DNA from: a virus
Taxonomy: Duplodnaviria > Heunggongvirae > Uroviricota > Caudoviricetes > Schitoviridae
IMG/VR virus record: IMGVR_UViG_2974544868_000001
Span: 64,001 to 76,239 of that record
Length of the DNA: 12,239 nt
Direction: 5' to 3' (one strand)
Shown here: positions 1-7,394 of the stretch, piece by piece
Position numbering within the stretch: position 1 is the first letter of the stretch
Layout: each line of letters starts with the position of its first letter
The notes under the pieces: generated by a model
Database searches by the model: none
Seen by the model: the letters and a program-made list of their open reading frames with translations, nothing else
Told to the model about the DNA's origin: nothing
Made by a program: the position numbers and the translations under genes

Positions 1-352
1 TCAGCAGCACTTGGTTCTGCTGTGCGGCAGCAGAGTCTTCGAAGGTGCGTGGCTTCACTTCGAAGATTCGATAGTTCGACAGGAACGGTTCCGTCAACGA
101 CGGATACCGCCATTCGGCCTGACGACGAATCAGCTTCGGTTGGATGGCACTTCGGCCACGAATCTTCTTGGGACGCTCAGGACCAGAGACATTCCGGAGA
201 TTGTCCCACTCCACGATCTTGGTCATCTGAGTCTGGTGTGCAGGCTTCGCTGCTTCCAGATCACGCTTCAGAGCCAGAATGGACGGTTCATTCGCCCAGT
301 TCGTGAGCTTCTGTGGCAGTGAAGGATCTTGCTCTCGGTAGGTTTCGGCCAT
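1..352 (-). CDS. Portal protein, N4 gp59-like (5' part only; runs off the left edge of the window)
   Basis: Not in the ORF track. Manual translation from ATG at 352 gives MAETYREQDPSLPQKLTNWANEPSILALKRDLEAAKPAHQTQMTKIVEWDNLRNVSGPERPKKIRGRSAIQPKLIRRQAEWRYPSLTEPFLSNYRIFEVKPRTFEDSAAAQQNQVLL..., open to the edge. The KLTxWxNEP and QPKLIRRQAEWRY..LTEPFL segments are typical of N4-like portal N-termini. The ATG lies 1 nt after the i-spanin stop (TGAcATG), matching N4 gene order. Confidence 0.9.
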   Translation of the reverse strand, partial: MAETYREQDPSLPQKLTNWANEPSILALKRDLEAAKPAHQTQMTKIVEWDNLRNVSGPERPKKIRGRSAIQPKLIRRQAEWRYPSLTEPFLSNYRIFEVKPRTFEDSAAAQQNQVLL

Positions 353-353
353 G

Positions 354-884
354 TCAGTCGCTCATCAAGTTGCGGTCATTTTTGATTTGTTCGCTCAAGG
401 ATCGGACTTGTTCGTCACGGAGTCCAAGAGCAGTCCGGAGTTCTCGTACCAGAGATCGGCCTTCTTCAAGAGAGGCGTCGAGTTCGCTTGCATGGCTTGC
501 GAGACTTCGACACTCAGTGGCTCCAGCTTCGGCTTGACGTTGGTATATGGCCGACCTTTGGGAACTGAGCTGCAACCGGCGAGAGTAATCAGAGCGCAGG
601 GTAGCAACTTCAACATCATGTTTCCGATTCGCTTCAGCCAGTGCATGAGTGATCTCATCATTCTTACTCCGGTGGATTGCTTCTCGTGCGTCGTACTCTT
701 TCTGCAACGAGGCAATGTGTTCATTGTAGTCCTTCGTCTCTGCATCCCACTTCTCTTGAACAGAAACGGCTCCCTCTCGGAAGCCGTTCTGCTTGACCTT
801 CTGATAGGTGGCAACACCAGCACCAATCAGGAAGATCAGAGCCAAGAGGTGGGGAAGATACTTAACGAGCGTCTTCTGCCACAT
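354..884 (-). CDS. Rz: Inner-membrane spanin (Rz-like, i-spanin), 176 aa
   Basis: Likely start is MWQKTLVKY at 884 (GGAG SD about 9 nt upstream), not 953. It has one N-terminal TM helix (YLPHLLALIFLIGAGVATY) followed by a long coiled-coil-like region, lies directly after the endolysin, and contains a nested lipoprotein ORF. Confidence 0.88.
   Translation of the reverse strand: MWQKTLVKYLPHLLALIFLIGAGVATYQKVKQNGFREGAVSVQEKWDAETKDYNEHIASLQKEYDAREAIHRSKNDEITHALAEANRKHDVEVATLRSDYSRRLQLSSQRSAIYQRQAEAGATECRSLASHASELDASLEEGRSLVRELRTALGLRDEQVRSLSEQIKNDRNLMSD
395..619 (-). CDS. Rz1: Outer-membrane lipoprotein spanin (Rz1-like, o-spanin), about 74 aa, fully embedded in the i-spanin gene in another frame
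   Basis: MMLKLLPCALITLAGC-SSVPK...: signal peptide with an LAGC lipobox and a Pro-containing mature part. GGAA lies upstream of the tandem ATGs at 619/616. The ORF-track start at 826 is an upstream extension. Confidence 0.85.
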   Translation of the reverse strand: MMLKLLPCALITLAGCSSVPKGRPYTNVKPKLEPLSVEVSQAMQANSTPLLKKADLWYENSGLLLDSVTNKSDP

Positions 885-1497
885 CGAAACTGTCTCCGAA
901 GTTCTTGCACTTCGACAACGGGATGTTGCCAATTCGGTGATCCACCCAGCCAACCGTGAAGATCTTGAGGTTCGTCAGGCTGACGTAGTGCTGGGCTTGG
1001 AAACTGTCCAGCAACTTGAGCGTCAGCTCACAAGCCTTGACCTCACCACGGGCAGTGACCAGACCTTCATAGGCCCGGATCGTACCGGGTCCAACCTTAC
1101 CATCCACGGTAAGTTGGGGGTAGTCCTTTCCATCACGATTGAGGGCATTCAAGGACTGCTGGAACCAACGGGAACCACGGCCCGGACCTGCGTTGACGCC
1201 GATGTCGGTCAGCTTCCAAGCCACGGCTGGACTCTTCTCGATCATCGGGGCATAGCCCGGCTTCAGGATGTAGTCCTCGTAGTAGATGGACTTTGCCGCC
1301 TCGACGGACAGATCCTTCATGTTGCCGGTGTAGCCATGGTCTCGGGCCACCTTCTCAGTGATCCCATGGTTCGTGGCCCCCCCCGGATCTTTCGGGTTGT
1401 TGACGTAGCCACCTTCGACGGCGACCACGGCACCAATGATCAGTGCGGCCACACCGGCAATGCCGGTCTTCTTGCCATTACTCAGCTTCTGAGGCAT
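862..1497 (-). CDS. Endolysin, glycoside hydrolase family 108 N-acetylmuramidase (N4 gp61-like) with probable N-terminal SAR domain
   Basis: EGGYVNNPKDPGGATNHGIT catalytic motif of GH108. C-terminal PG-binding-like segment (LQQ-like FQQSLN...LTVDGKVGPGT). Gly/Ala-rich weakly hydrophobic N-terminus (KKTGIAGVAALIIGAVVAV) directly before the catalytic Glu. AAGGAA SD upstream. Confidence 0.93.
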   Translation of the reverse strand: MPQKLSNGKKTGIAGVAALIIGAVVAVEGGYVNNPKDPGGATNHGITEKVARDHGYTGNMKDLSVEAAKSIYYEDYILKPGYAPMIEKSPAVAWKLTDIGVNAGPGRGSRWFQQSLNALNRDGKDYPQLTVDGKVGPGTIRAYEGLVTARGEVKACELTLKLLDSFQAQHYVSLTNLKIFTVGWVDHRIGNIPLSKCKNFGDSFDVAEDAR

Positions 1498-1708
1498 CGG
1501 CTGTTCCTTTGAACTTGATGATACGGGCGATCATCGCCAGACCCAGAAGGATGATGGTGATGGTCTTGCCGTGGGGAATCCCATTGATGGAACCAAGGGG
1601 GATGTTGGAGACTACGAAGTCAGCGACATTCAGCAGGAAAGCCCCTGCCATGTACCAGATGCTGCTGAACTTCCAGCTGTGTTTCCAGTTGGGGATCAGC
1701 TTGATCAT
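1478..1708 (-). CDS. Small two-TM membrane protein, holin/pinholin or antiholin candidate (N4 gp62 position)
   Basis: 76 aa with two hydrophobic stretches (IWYMAGAFLLNVADFVV; TITIILLGLAMIARII) and a charged C-tail; overlaps the endolysin start. Confidence 0.7.
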   Translation of the reverse strand: MIKLIPNWKHSWKFSSIWYMAGAFLLNVADFVVSNIPLGSINGIPHGKTITIILLGLAMIARIIKFKGTADASEAE

Positions 1709-1711
1709 GGC

Positions 1712-2023
1712 TCAGTTTCCACTGAGCCAGAGAGCGATCTTTTCCCGGCTGGTCAGGAGGAACGTGACCACCGCAGTGGCTACAACCCAGACCCACTTGC
1801 CGAACTGTCCAGCTCCCACCACCTTATGTTTGATGATCAAGAAGTCATCGATGACAGGCTTCTGCGTAGTCAAGCTGGTCTCTACGTTCGCAACCCGCTG
1901 CTCCATGCTGGCCAGTCGTTGGCCTTGGTCCTTGAGCTGCTCCAGAATTTGCCGGTTGGAGTCAGCTTGGGTCTTCAGGCGTTCATCCAATCGCGCCAGT
2001 AGAACTTCAGTGGATTCGGACAT
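1712..2023 (-). CDS. Coiled-coil plus C-terminal TM protein, holin-associated (N4 gp63 position)
   Basis: 103 aa; heptad-like N-terminus (LARLDERLKTQ...LASMEQRVANVETSL) and a single TM helix (GQFGKWVWVVATAVVTFLLT); first gene after the terminator. Confidence 0.7.
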   Translation of the reverse strand: MSESTEVLLARLDERLKTQADSNRQILEQLKDQGQRLASMEQRVANVETSLTTQKPVIDDFLIIKHKVVGAGQFGKWVWVVATAVVTFLLTSREKIALWLSGN

Positions 2024-2073
2024 AGCCCCAAGTACCTAAAAAGAAAAATCTCGTAGGGCGAAGTGTAGGGCAT

Positions 2074-2111
2074 AGAAAAGGCTGGGGGAACCCGAAAGTC
2101 CCACCCAGCCT
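2074..2111 (-). terminator. Rho-independent terminator ending the tail operon
   Basis: Minus strand reads AGGCTGGG-t-GGGACT-TTCG-GGTTCC-CCCAGCCT-TTTC: a long GC-rich stem with a UUCG loop and U-tract, 20 nt after the stop at 2132. Confidence 0.85.
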
Positions 2112-2131
2112 AGGTTTTCACATGATTTGAG

Positions 2132-3373
2132 TCAGCTGACCAGACCGCTTACGACGAAGGAGATGCCGTAGGGATAGTCGGAGGAAGCAGGCTGAGTGAA
2201 GCTGGAAAGTGTCGTCTGACCTGTAGTAGGGAGTGGCACGTATCCTGCATACAACCGCTTGTCAGTGGTGATGTTGGCAGTGTCCATCCGAACCATGTTG
2301 CTGGGGGTATTGGTCACCGTACCGTTGCTGATCGATGCGTGGGAACCCACGGCAATCAGCATGGAGTCCGGCGCAGTGTTCAGGTGCGACGGAAAATTGA
2401 CGGTGAGAACGTTGGATGGAGATGGAGCCAAGGGGTTGACCACAATGTCCTTGATGACAGGACCATACTCACTTCGGAATGCAGACAGACAGATCAGGAA
2501 TCGACTGGTGTTCGTCTGGTTGAACCGATAGGTCGCAGTGGTCTCATCAGCGGTGTTAGCCACCTTACCCAGTACCAGCAACTTCTGATTGGTTGCACCA
2601 GATCCATAGGTCTCAGTCTCAGCCACCAAGAACCAACCAGTGGGGATTGGCACACTGCTACGGTGGACGATGTACGCCAACAGCAGATCACGGGACTTCA
2701 GGCCGGGGATATTCGGCATGTCCTTCTGGCTTTCAGAAGTGCCAATCCAGTCATTGGCACCAACAAAGGTGACAGGCTTGGACTGATTGATTGGCGGCAC
2801 ATAGCGATGACCGACACAGAACCATTGAAGACGGTTCTTGTTGTTCATGCCCACAGAGATGAGATCACCCTCAATCAGTCGATCAATAAGAATCTCATTC
2901 TGATAGCGCTGGCGCTGCACTCGAATGCACAGGTCCATGCCCTTCTTGTAAGACAAGATGAGATCACTGGAATTCTGGAACTGATCTCGCTTCTCATCCA
3001 TGCAAAGGCGTGGAGTGGTGGCATCCGGAATGATCATGGTCCGCATGGCATTCACTTGAGTGTCGAACCAGTAGAACTTGCAGACACCGCCTTCTGCCAT
3101 GTAGGCAATGTGCGGTCGCATCAGCTGGTCGAAACCAAGTGCAATCTGAGTGATCCCTGCTTCAGTGATCACCGTGATTGGGTCCACTCCAGGTCGATAC
3201 ACAATGACCTTGCCGTCCACGTACTCAGCAGTCCACAGGACTTCCTGTAGGTTGTCAGACGCAGAGAACAACTGACTACCGCCACGCTCATAGTCAATGA
3301 GCGGGCGGGTCAGACGATTCTGCTGCTCAACCCAAGGGCCAACAATCTCGCGTTGAGAGCGTTCAGGAATCAT
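2132..3373 (-). CDS. Tail/virion structural protein, 413 aa, with a C-terminal beta-rich extension
   Basis: ATG at 3373 forms an ATGA overlap with the upstream stop, so it is preferred over the TTG at 3391. The N-terminal ~190 aa (DYERGG...LWTAEY...IALGFDQLMRPHIAY...YWFDT...PRLCMDEKR...SSDLILSY...RxQRQRY...VGMNNKNRLQW) resembles from recall a conserved distal tail protein of Pseudomonas/Xanthomonas phages. Confidence 0.75.
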   Translation of the reverse strand: MIPERSQREIVGPWVEQQNRLTRPLIDYERGGSQLFSASDNLQEVLWTAEYVDGKVIVYRPGVDPITVITEAGITQIALGFDQLMRPHIAYMAEGGVCKFYWFDTQVNAMRTMIIPDATTPRLCMDEKRDQFQNSSDLILSYKKGMDLCIRVQRQRYQNEILIDRLIEGDLISVGMNNKNRLQWFCVGHRYVPPINQSKPVTFVGANDWIGTSESQKDMPNIPGLKSRDLLLAYIVHRSSVPIPTGWFLVAETETYGSGATNQKLLVLGKVANTADETTATYRFNQTNTSRFLICLSAFRSEYGPVIKDIVVNPLAPSPSNVLTVNFPSHLNTAPDSMLIAVGSHASISNGTVTNTPSNMVRMDTANITTDKRLYAGYVPLPTTGQTTLSSFTQPASSDYPYGISFVVSGLVS

Positions 3374-4338
3374 GGCGAGTAGCGCCCCCAAGTGACTGCC
3401 ATACGCAGAGCCACAGTCTCAGCGTTGGTCTTCGCCCAGCCCGGCGAGAAGCCGACTTGGAACTGAAGAACAGCACTGACACCTTCGGCACCAGTGAAAG
3501 TCATACCTGCACCATTCTGGATGGTCATGGGGCCACTGGTCTCCCAACGATAACTGCCAGCAACATAGGCATGTTGGGTGATGGATGCGTTGGAGAACGT
3601 CGTCAACGTACCGGATGGCTTTCCATCAGTAGGACCGACACCCAGACCAGTGCCATCACGATACCAGTAGTAGCCCCACACATAGTCAGAAAAGGCAAAA
3701 GAACCAGACGGGGAGAACCACACAGCCGTGTCATTGATCTGGGATGGGCGAACCGTGACAGTGGTATCAACACCCTTGATGTTCACAACCGAAGTCTTGT
3801 CAGTCATGTCCACATAGAGGCGAACCTCATACGTGACGATCAAGATCTCGTCGGACAGCACCGTGATGGTAGTAGGCTCACCACTCGAATCCTTGATCAG
3901 TGCACGAGTGTGCATCAGGTTATCGTTGGTGTAATACTTCAGACCGAGTTCCGACAGGTTGCCTGCCGCTGCACCAGCTGCAAACTCATAGGTCTTTCGA
4001 GACCACCCATAGGGGTTGGCACCCAGAACACGACCACTGGTCGATGCACCAGCTCCAGAGCTTCGTTCGGTCTGAGCAATCTTCGCCACCAGTCCGGTAT
4101 CCGAAACGGTAGGCGGGGTCGAGCCAGAACCCACAGCCAATGCGTACATCCACGAATCGAGGCTGCGAATGCTGTTGTTACCGAAGGCATCGAGACCTCG
4201 GTTGAGGATCAGGTTGTCCTGCCACGGTGCAACCTCGATGAGTTCATCAGAACCCACCTTACGCTTGTCAATCTTGAATCGGCCTTCAAGGCCGAAGTGT
4301 GCAGCGTGGATTACAGGGGATTCTTTGTAGGTCTTCAC
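3370..4338 (-). CDS. Tail/virion structural protein, 322 aa
   Basis: GTG start with GGAG SD and a GTGA overlap. Contains the pattern NLILNRGLD...AVGSGSTPPTVSDTGL...YEFAAGAAAGNLSELGL...TRALIKDSSGEPTTITVLSDEILIVTYEVRLY, typical of phage tail proteins; beta-rich and Gly/Thr-rich. Confidence 0.78.
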   Translation of the reverse strand: MKTYKESPVIHAAHFGLEGRFKIDKRKVGSDELIEVAPWQDNLILNRGLDAFGNNSIRSLDSWMYALAVGSGSTPPTVSDTGLVAKIAQTERSSGAGASTSGRVLGANPYGWSRKTYEFAAGAAAGNLSELGLKYYTNDNLMHTRALIKDSSGEPTTITVLSDEILIVTYEVRLYVDMTDKTSVVNIKGVDTTVTVRPSQINDTAVWFSPSGSFAFSDYVWGYYWYRDGTGLGVGPTDGKPSGTLTTFSNASITQHAYVAGSYRWETSGPMTIQNGAGMTFTGAEGVSAVLQFQVGFSPGWAKTNAETVALRMAVTWGRYSP

Positions 4339-5564
4339 GAACCGAACTCCAGAGAGACGAAGGAGGAAGAAAGGGTGAGGTGATCTTCGAGTGGCTGATC
4401 CACACGAGGATGTTGCTTAATGGTAATGGACTGGAAGCTCGAAGACATTCGCATCCCATCTTCTGGGTCAAACGCATGTGCGTAGTCCCTTCGAATGGTA
4501 CGAATGGTGATGCTTACGAAATCACTACCCAACTGAAGAATGTCTTCATTTGGATGAGCATAGTCCCTGCGGATGCTGCGCAGATCAAGACTGATGAAGC
4601 TGGCTGCCATCTCCAGTGGGGAGACTTCCATCTCCATCTCTTGGATTCGAAGCTCATCCAAGGATGCGTACATGCCCAGATCTTCATGGTCGTAGAAACC
4701 ATAGAGTTTGCTGGTGACATACACACCGGCCATCTTGATCGGACCACTCCATCGAGCAATGCGACCAATGGAGTCAGTAGCAGTCAGCTCAACGTTGTAC
4801 TCGTTCAGTGGGTTTGGGGATTCAATGATCTCAGTGACTTCCAGATCCCACTTGAAATCATCAACGAACAGTTCCTTGTTCTCTTTGAATCGAACACCCT
4901 CACAACCAATGGAACAAGTGACAGCCCCAGCAGGAACAGTTGAAGCCAGTCGAGACGGGGACACACGATTCTTGGCTCCATCATCGACAAGGTTGCCCCG
5001 GTCGATATGAATCATGTTCCCCTTGTCATCGAAATACTGGATGGTGACAAGTGCACCAACATTGTACTTGGCAGATGCACCCTGACGCACGGTGCATTGT
5101 GCGTTGATGACAGTGCCCGGTTCTACCTTGTGACGTGCCTTGTTGAGGATATGGCTGGAGCCATTGAAATCCATGAAGCACGCAGAGTAGCTGCCAGTGA
5201 TGTTGTTGATGTTGTTCACCGACCAACCAAGACCCATCTCCCATCCCTTCTTCGCACTGCCACTTTCGAAGCCGGGATCGGAGATTTCTGCTGCATAGAT
5301 CTTGGTGACTGGATCAATCCAGAACAGTGCTGGCCACGTGATCACGATCTCGTTCGTGTCTGGATCGAACGAGATGGAGTGACCATTCGGAAGTTCATCA
5401 CCCCCAGTCTGTTGAATGGTGCAAGACCCTACATTGTTGAACACCTGAAGGCGACCCTCATAAGGATCGCCGAGGGTGTACTCAGCAGGAGTGCCGCCAA
5501 TCCGCATGGGTAGCAAGTACCCATGCTGATCGACATTCGGGCGCTGGAAGATACCAGTGCTCAT
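4335..5564 (-). CDS. Tail protein, 409 aa, with a CBM/galactose-binding-like central domain and C-terminal tandem repeats
   Basis: ATGA overlap with the upstream gene. ISDPGFESG..KGW...FVDDFKW resembles a carbohydrate-binding beta-sandwich. IRRDYAH occurs twice within ~26-28 aa repeats. Confidence 0.7.
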   Translation of the reverse strand: MSTGIFQRPNVDQHGYLLPMRIGGTPAEYTLGDPYEGRLQVFNNVGSCTIQQTGGDELPNGHSISFDPDTNEIVITWPALFWIDPVTKIYAAEISDPGFESGSAKKGWEMGLGWSVNNINNITGSYSACFMDFNGSSHILNKARHKVEPGTVINAQCTVRQGASAKYNVGALVTIQYFDDKGNMIHIDRGNLVDDGAKNRVSPSRLASTVPAGAVTCSIGCEGVRFKENKELFVDDFKWDLEVTEIIESPNPLNEYNVELTATDSIGRIARWSGPIKMAGVYVTSKLYGFYDHEDLGMYASLDELRIQEMEMEVSPLEMAASFISLDLRSIRRDYAHPNEDILQLGSDFVSITIRTIRRDYAHAFDPEDGMRMSSSFQSITIKQHPRVDQPLEDHLTLSSSFVSLEFGS

Positions 5565-6997
5565 TGACGCATACCCATCAGGAGGATTTTGACGCCACGA
5601 GCACCCGCACCAGCTTGGGTGATATACATCTCCAGACGATCACCCTTGGCAAACGTGTCACCACCATCAACGAACGAAGCCGGAGTCGTGGCAGTCGCAG
5701 AGGTGTACTCGTTGTTGTTGATCGTCAGCAGAGTCTGGAACACCGTGGTTCCATTGCGTCGGATGTCCAACGTCAGAATGCTGCCAGAGGTGTTGGGAGC
5801 CAGCACGCAAGCACTCAGGCCGCCATCCAGAATCGCATCCAGCTTCAGACCGAACGGCAGGATGATCCCATCCACCGGAGTCGTAGCAGATGCAGCACTG
5901 GAACCATTGAGACGGCTCTTGTCTTCCAGCACGATCAGGTGACGTTCCGTGGTCAGAGCACCACGCAACAGATCGCCACTCAGAAGCCACTGGTTCGCAT
6001 CTGGATTGATGCAGGTAGCCGAGATCGTGGCATCACGCCCACGGGTCTTGGCGATGAACTCAGTCGGCAGGAACAAGGTTCCACCCGTGCCAATGGCCAG
6101 CTCGACTTGTCCGGTGTTGTGCTGAACCACCGAGAAGAAGTCACCCTTCTTCCAGTCCTTGTCGCCATCGCCATTGTTGCGACGAATCTCCAGACGAACT
6201 GGGGCAGCGTCACTGACGATGATCAGGCCATTTGCATAGTTGTGGTCCAGAGAAGCACCCGGAGCAGGCGGAGACACCACACCCGGATTCACTGTGGTCA
6301 AGGGCGGCTCACCGACATACGGCTTGGCATAGCCACGCAGGACAGCGAAACCGATGGTGCCATCCTTCGGCGGGGTCAGGAAACGGATCGTCGCCGGAGC
6401 TGCACCGACCGGAGGATCGATGTTGTAGTCAGCAGGATTGACGGCATGGAAGTCCTTCTGCCCGACCGTATTCTCTTGCGAGGTGTCGAACAGGTACTTG
6501 TTGTAAGCATCGGCTCCGTTCAGCGGGAACGAAGTCTGGATGCCATCACCGATCCAGCTGAAATACTTCGGGATGATGCCGCCTTCTTCACCACCTTCGC
6601 CGGGGTCAGTACCACCACCCGGATCGGTGCCAGCAGCGTAGCCATAGCCCAGCAGAGCAGCATACTCAGTGCCACTGGCTCCATTGGTTTCCACATACAG
6701 GGAACCATGGTGGATGCCTTCCACTCGCGGTGCGAAGATGACATCGATCAGGAAGTGCTCACCCGGATTCAACCAGCCCGTCTTGTTCGAGGTAGCACGG
6801 TACGAACCGGCAACACGAATGCCACCGATCTTGACCGGGCAGTCACCGACATTGGTGACCACCACTTGATGCACAGTCGAGTTCCGATTCATGACCACAT
6901 TGCCGAAGGACACCAGACTTGGTGCCACTTCGATGCGGAAAGGATTCGGGCCTTCCGAGCAGATGATGCGACTGGAATGATCAGGGAGCTGGAGCAT
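5561..6997 (-). CDS. Multidomain tail protein, 478 aa, with an N-terminal Ig-like (ASH/choice-of-anchor D-like) domain
   Basis: N-terminal pattern SFGNV...VVVTNVGDCPVKI..I...LNPGEHFLIDVIFAP..EG...GSLYVETN; Gly/Asp/Pro linker (GTDPGGGTDPGEGGEEGG); GDGIQTSFPL motif common in tail-fibre proteins; beta-rich C-terminal domains. Confidence 0.72.
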   Translation of the reverse strand: MLQLPDHSSRIICSEGPNPFRIEVAPSLVSFGNVVMNRNSTVHQVVVTNVGDCPVKIGGIRVAGSYRATSNKTGWLNPGEHFLIDVIFAPRVEGIHHGSLYVETNGASGTEYAALLGYGYAAGTDPGGGTDPGEGGEEGGIIPKYFSWIGDGIQTSFPLNGADAYNKYLFDTSQENTVGQKDFHAVNPADYNIDPPVGAAPATIRFLTPPKDGTIGFAVLRGYAKPYVGEPPLTTVNPGVVSPPAPGASLDHNYANGLIIVSDAAPVRLEIRRNNGDGDKDWKKGDFFSVVQHNTGQVELAIGTGGTLFLPTEFIAKTRGRDATISATCINPDANQWLLSGDLLRGALTTERHLIVLEDKSRLNGSSAASATTPVDGIILPFGLKLDAILDGGLSACVLAPNTSGSILTLDIRRNGTTVFQTLLTINNNEYTSATATTPASFVDGGDTFAKGDRLEMYITQAGAGARGVKILLMGMRQ

Positions 6998-7394
6998 AGA
7001 CCACCCCGACCGTCATGAACCAGATCACATCAGCGGATTGGAGAGCCTCTGGTGCAGTCTCATTGAGTGAGATCGTCAGACCATTCACCGTGTACGCAGT
7101 GGTGAAGTAGCCGGACTCGGAGTTGTAGCGGGAACCAGTGAGAGGATCGACCAGCCACACAGTCGAATCCACCAGAGCACCCAGAGACACATCGGCAGGG
7201 AACAGGATGTTGGTCACCAGACCAGATGCCTTGCCGTATGCAGTCAGACGGGCATACGGCTCAGATGCAGCCTTGGCAATCAGGTTCATGTTGTGAGCCA
7301 CGAAGCGAACGATGTCGTAAGCCTTCGGACCCAGAACGCGGTCAACCAGTGGATTCAATCCACCGTAGGGATCACCGCAGGTTCGCATGTTCAT
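6981..7394 (-). CDS. Short virion protein, 137 aa, with an N4 gp66-like N-terminal anchor segment
   Basis: N-terminus DPYGGLNPLVDRVLGPKAYDIVRFVAHNM resembles the N-terminus of N4-like gp66 appendage proteins (recall). It occupies the position right after gp67, with a TGATG overlap. Confidence 0.62.
   Translation of the reverse strand: MNMRTCGDPYGGLNPLVDRVLGPKAYDIVRFVAHNMNLIAKAASEPYARLTAYGKASGLVTNILFPADVSLGALVDSTVWLVDPLTGSRYNSESGYFTTAYTVNGLTISLNETAPEALQSADVIWFMTVGVVYAPAP

Noticed and set aside
2132-5564. Diversity-generating retroelement target or invertible tail segment
   Set aside because: No reverse transcriptase or invertase, no TR/VR pair with A-specific mismatches, and no flanking inverted sites in this window.
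6981-6997. Programmed frameshift fusing the 137-aa anchor to the 478-aa tail protein
   Set aside because: There is no slippery heptamer in the overlap, and the downstream gene has its own ATG and G-rich SD.
5564-7018. 484-aa plus-strand ORF (also 3457..4383, 2339..3250, 8631..9488, 808..1512, 351..959 and other plus-strand ORFs)
   Set aside because: They lie antisense to well-supported minus-strand genes, have no recognisable motifs and show odd composition. They are best explained as shadow ORFs from codon bias.
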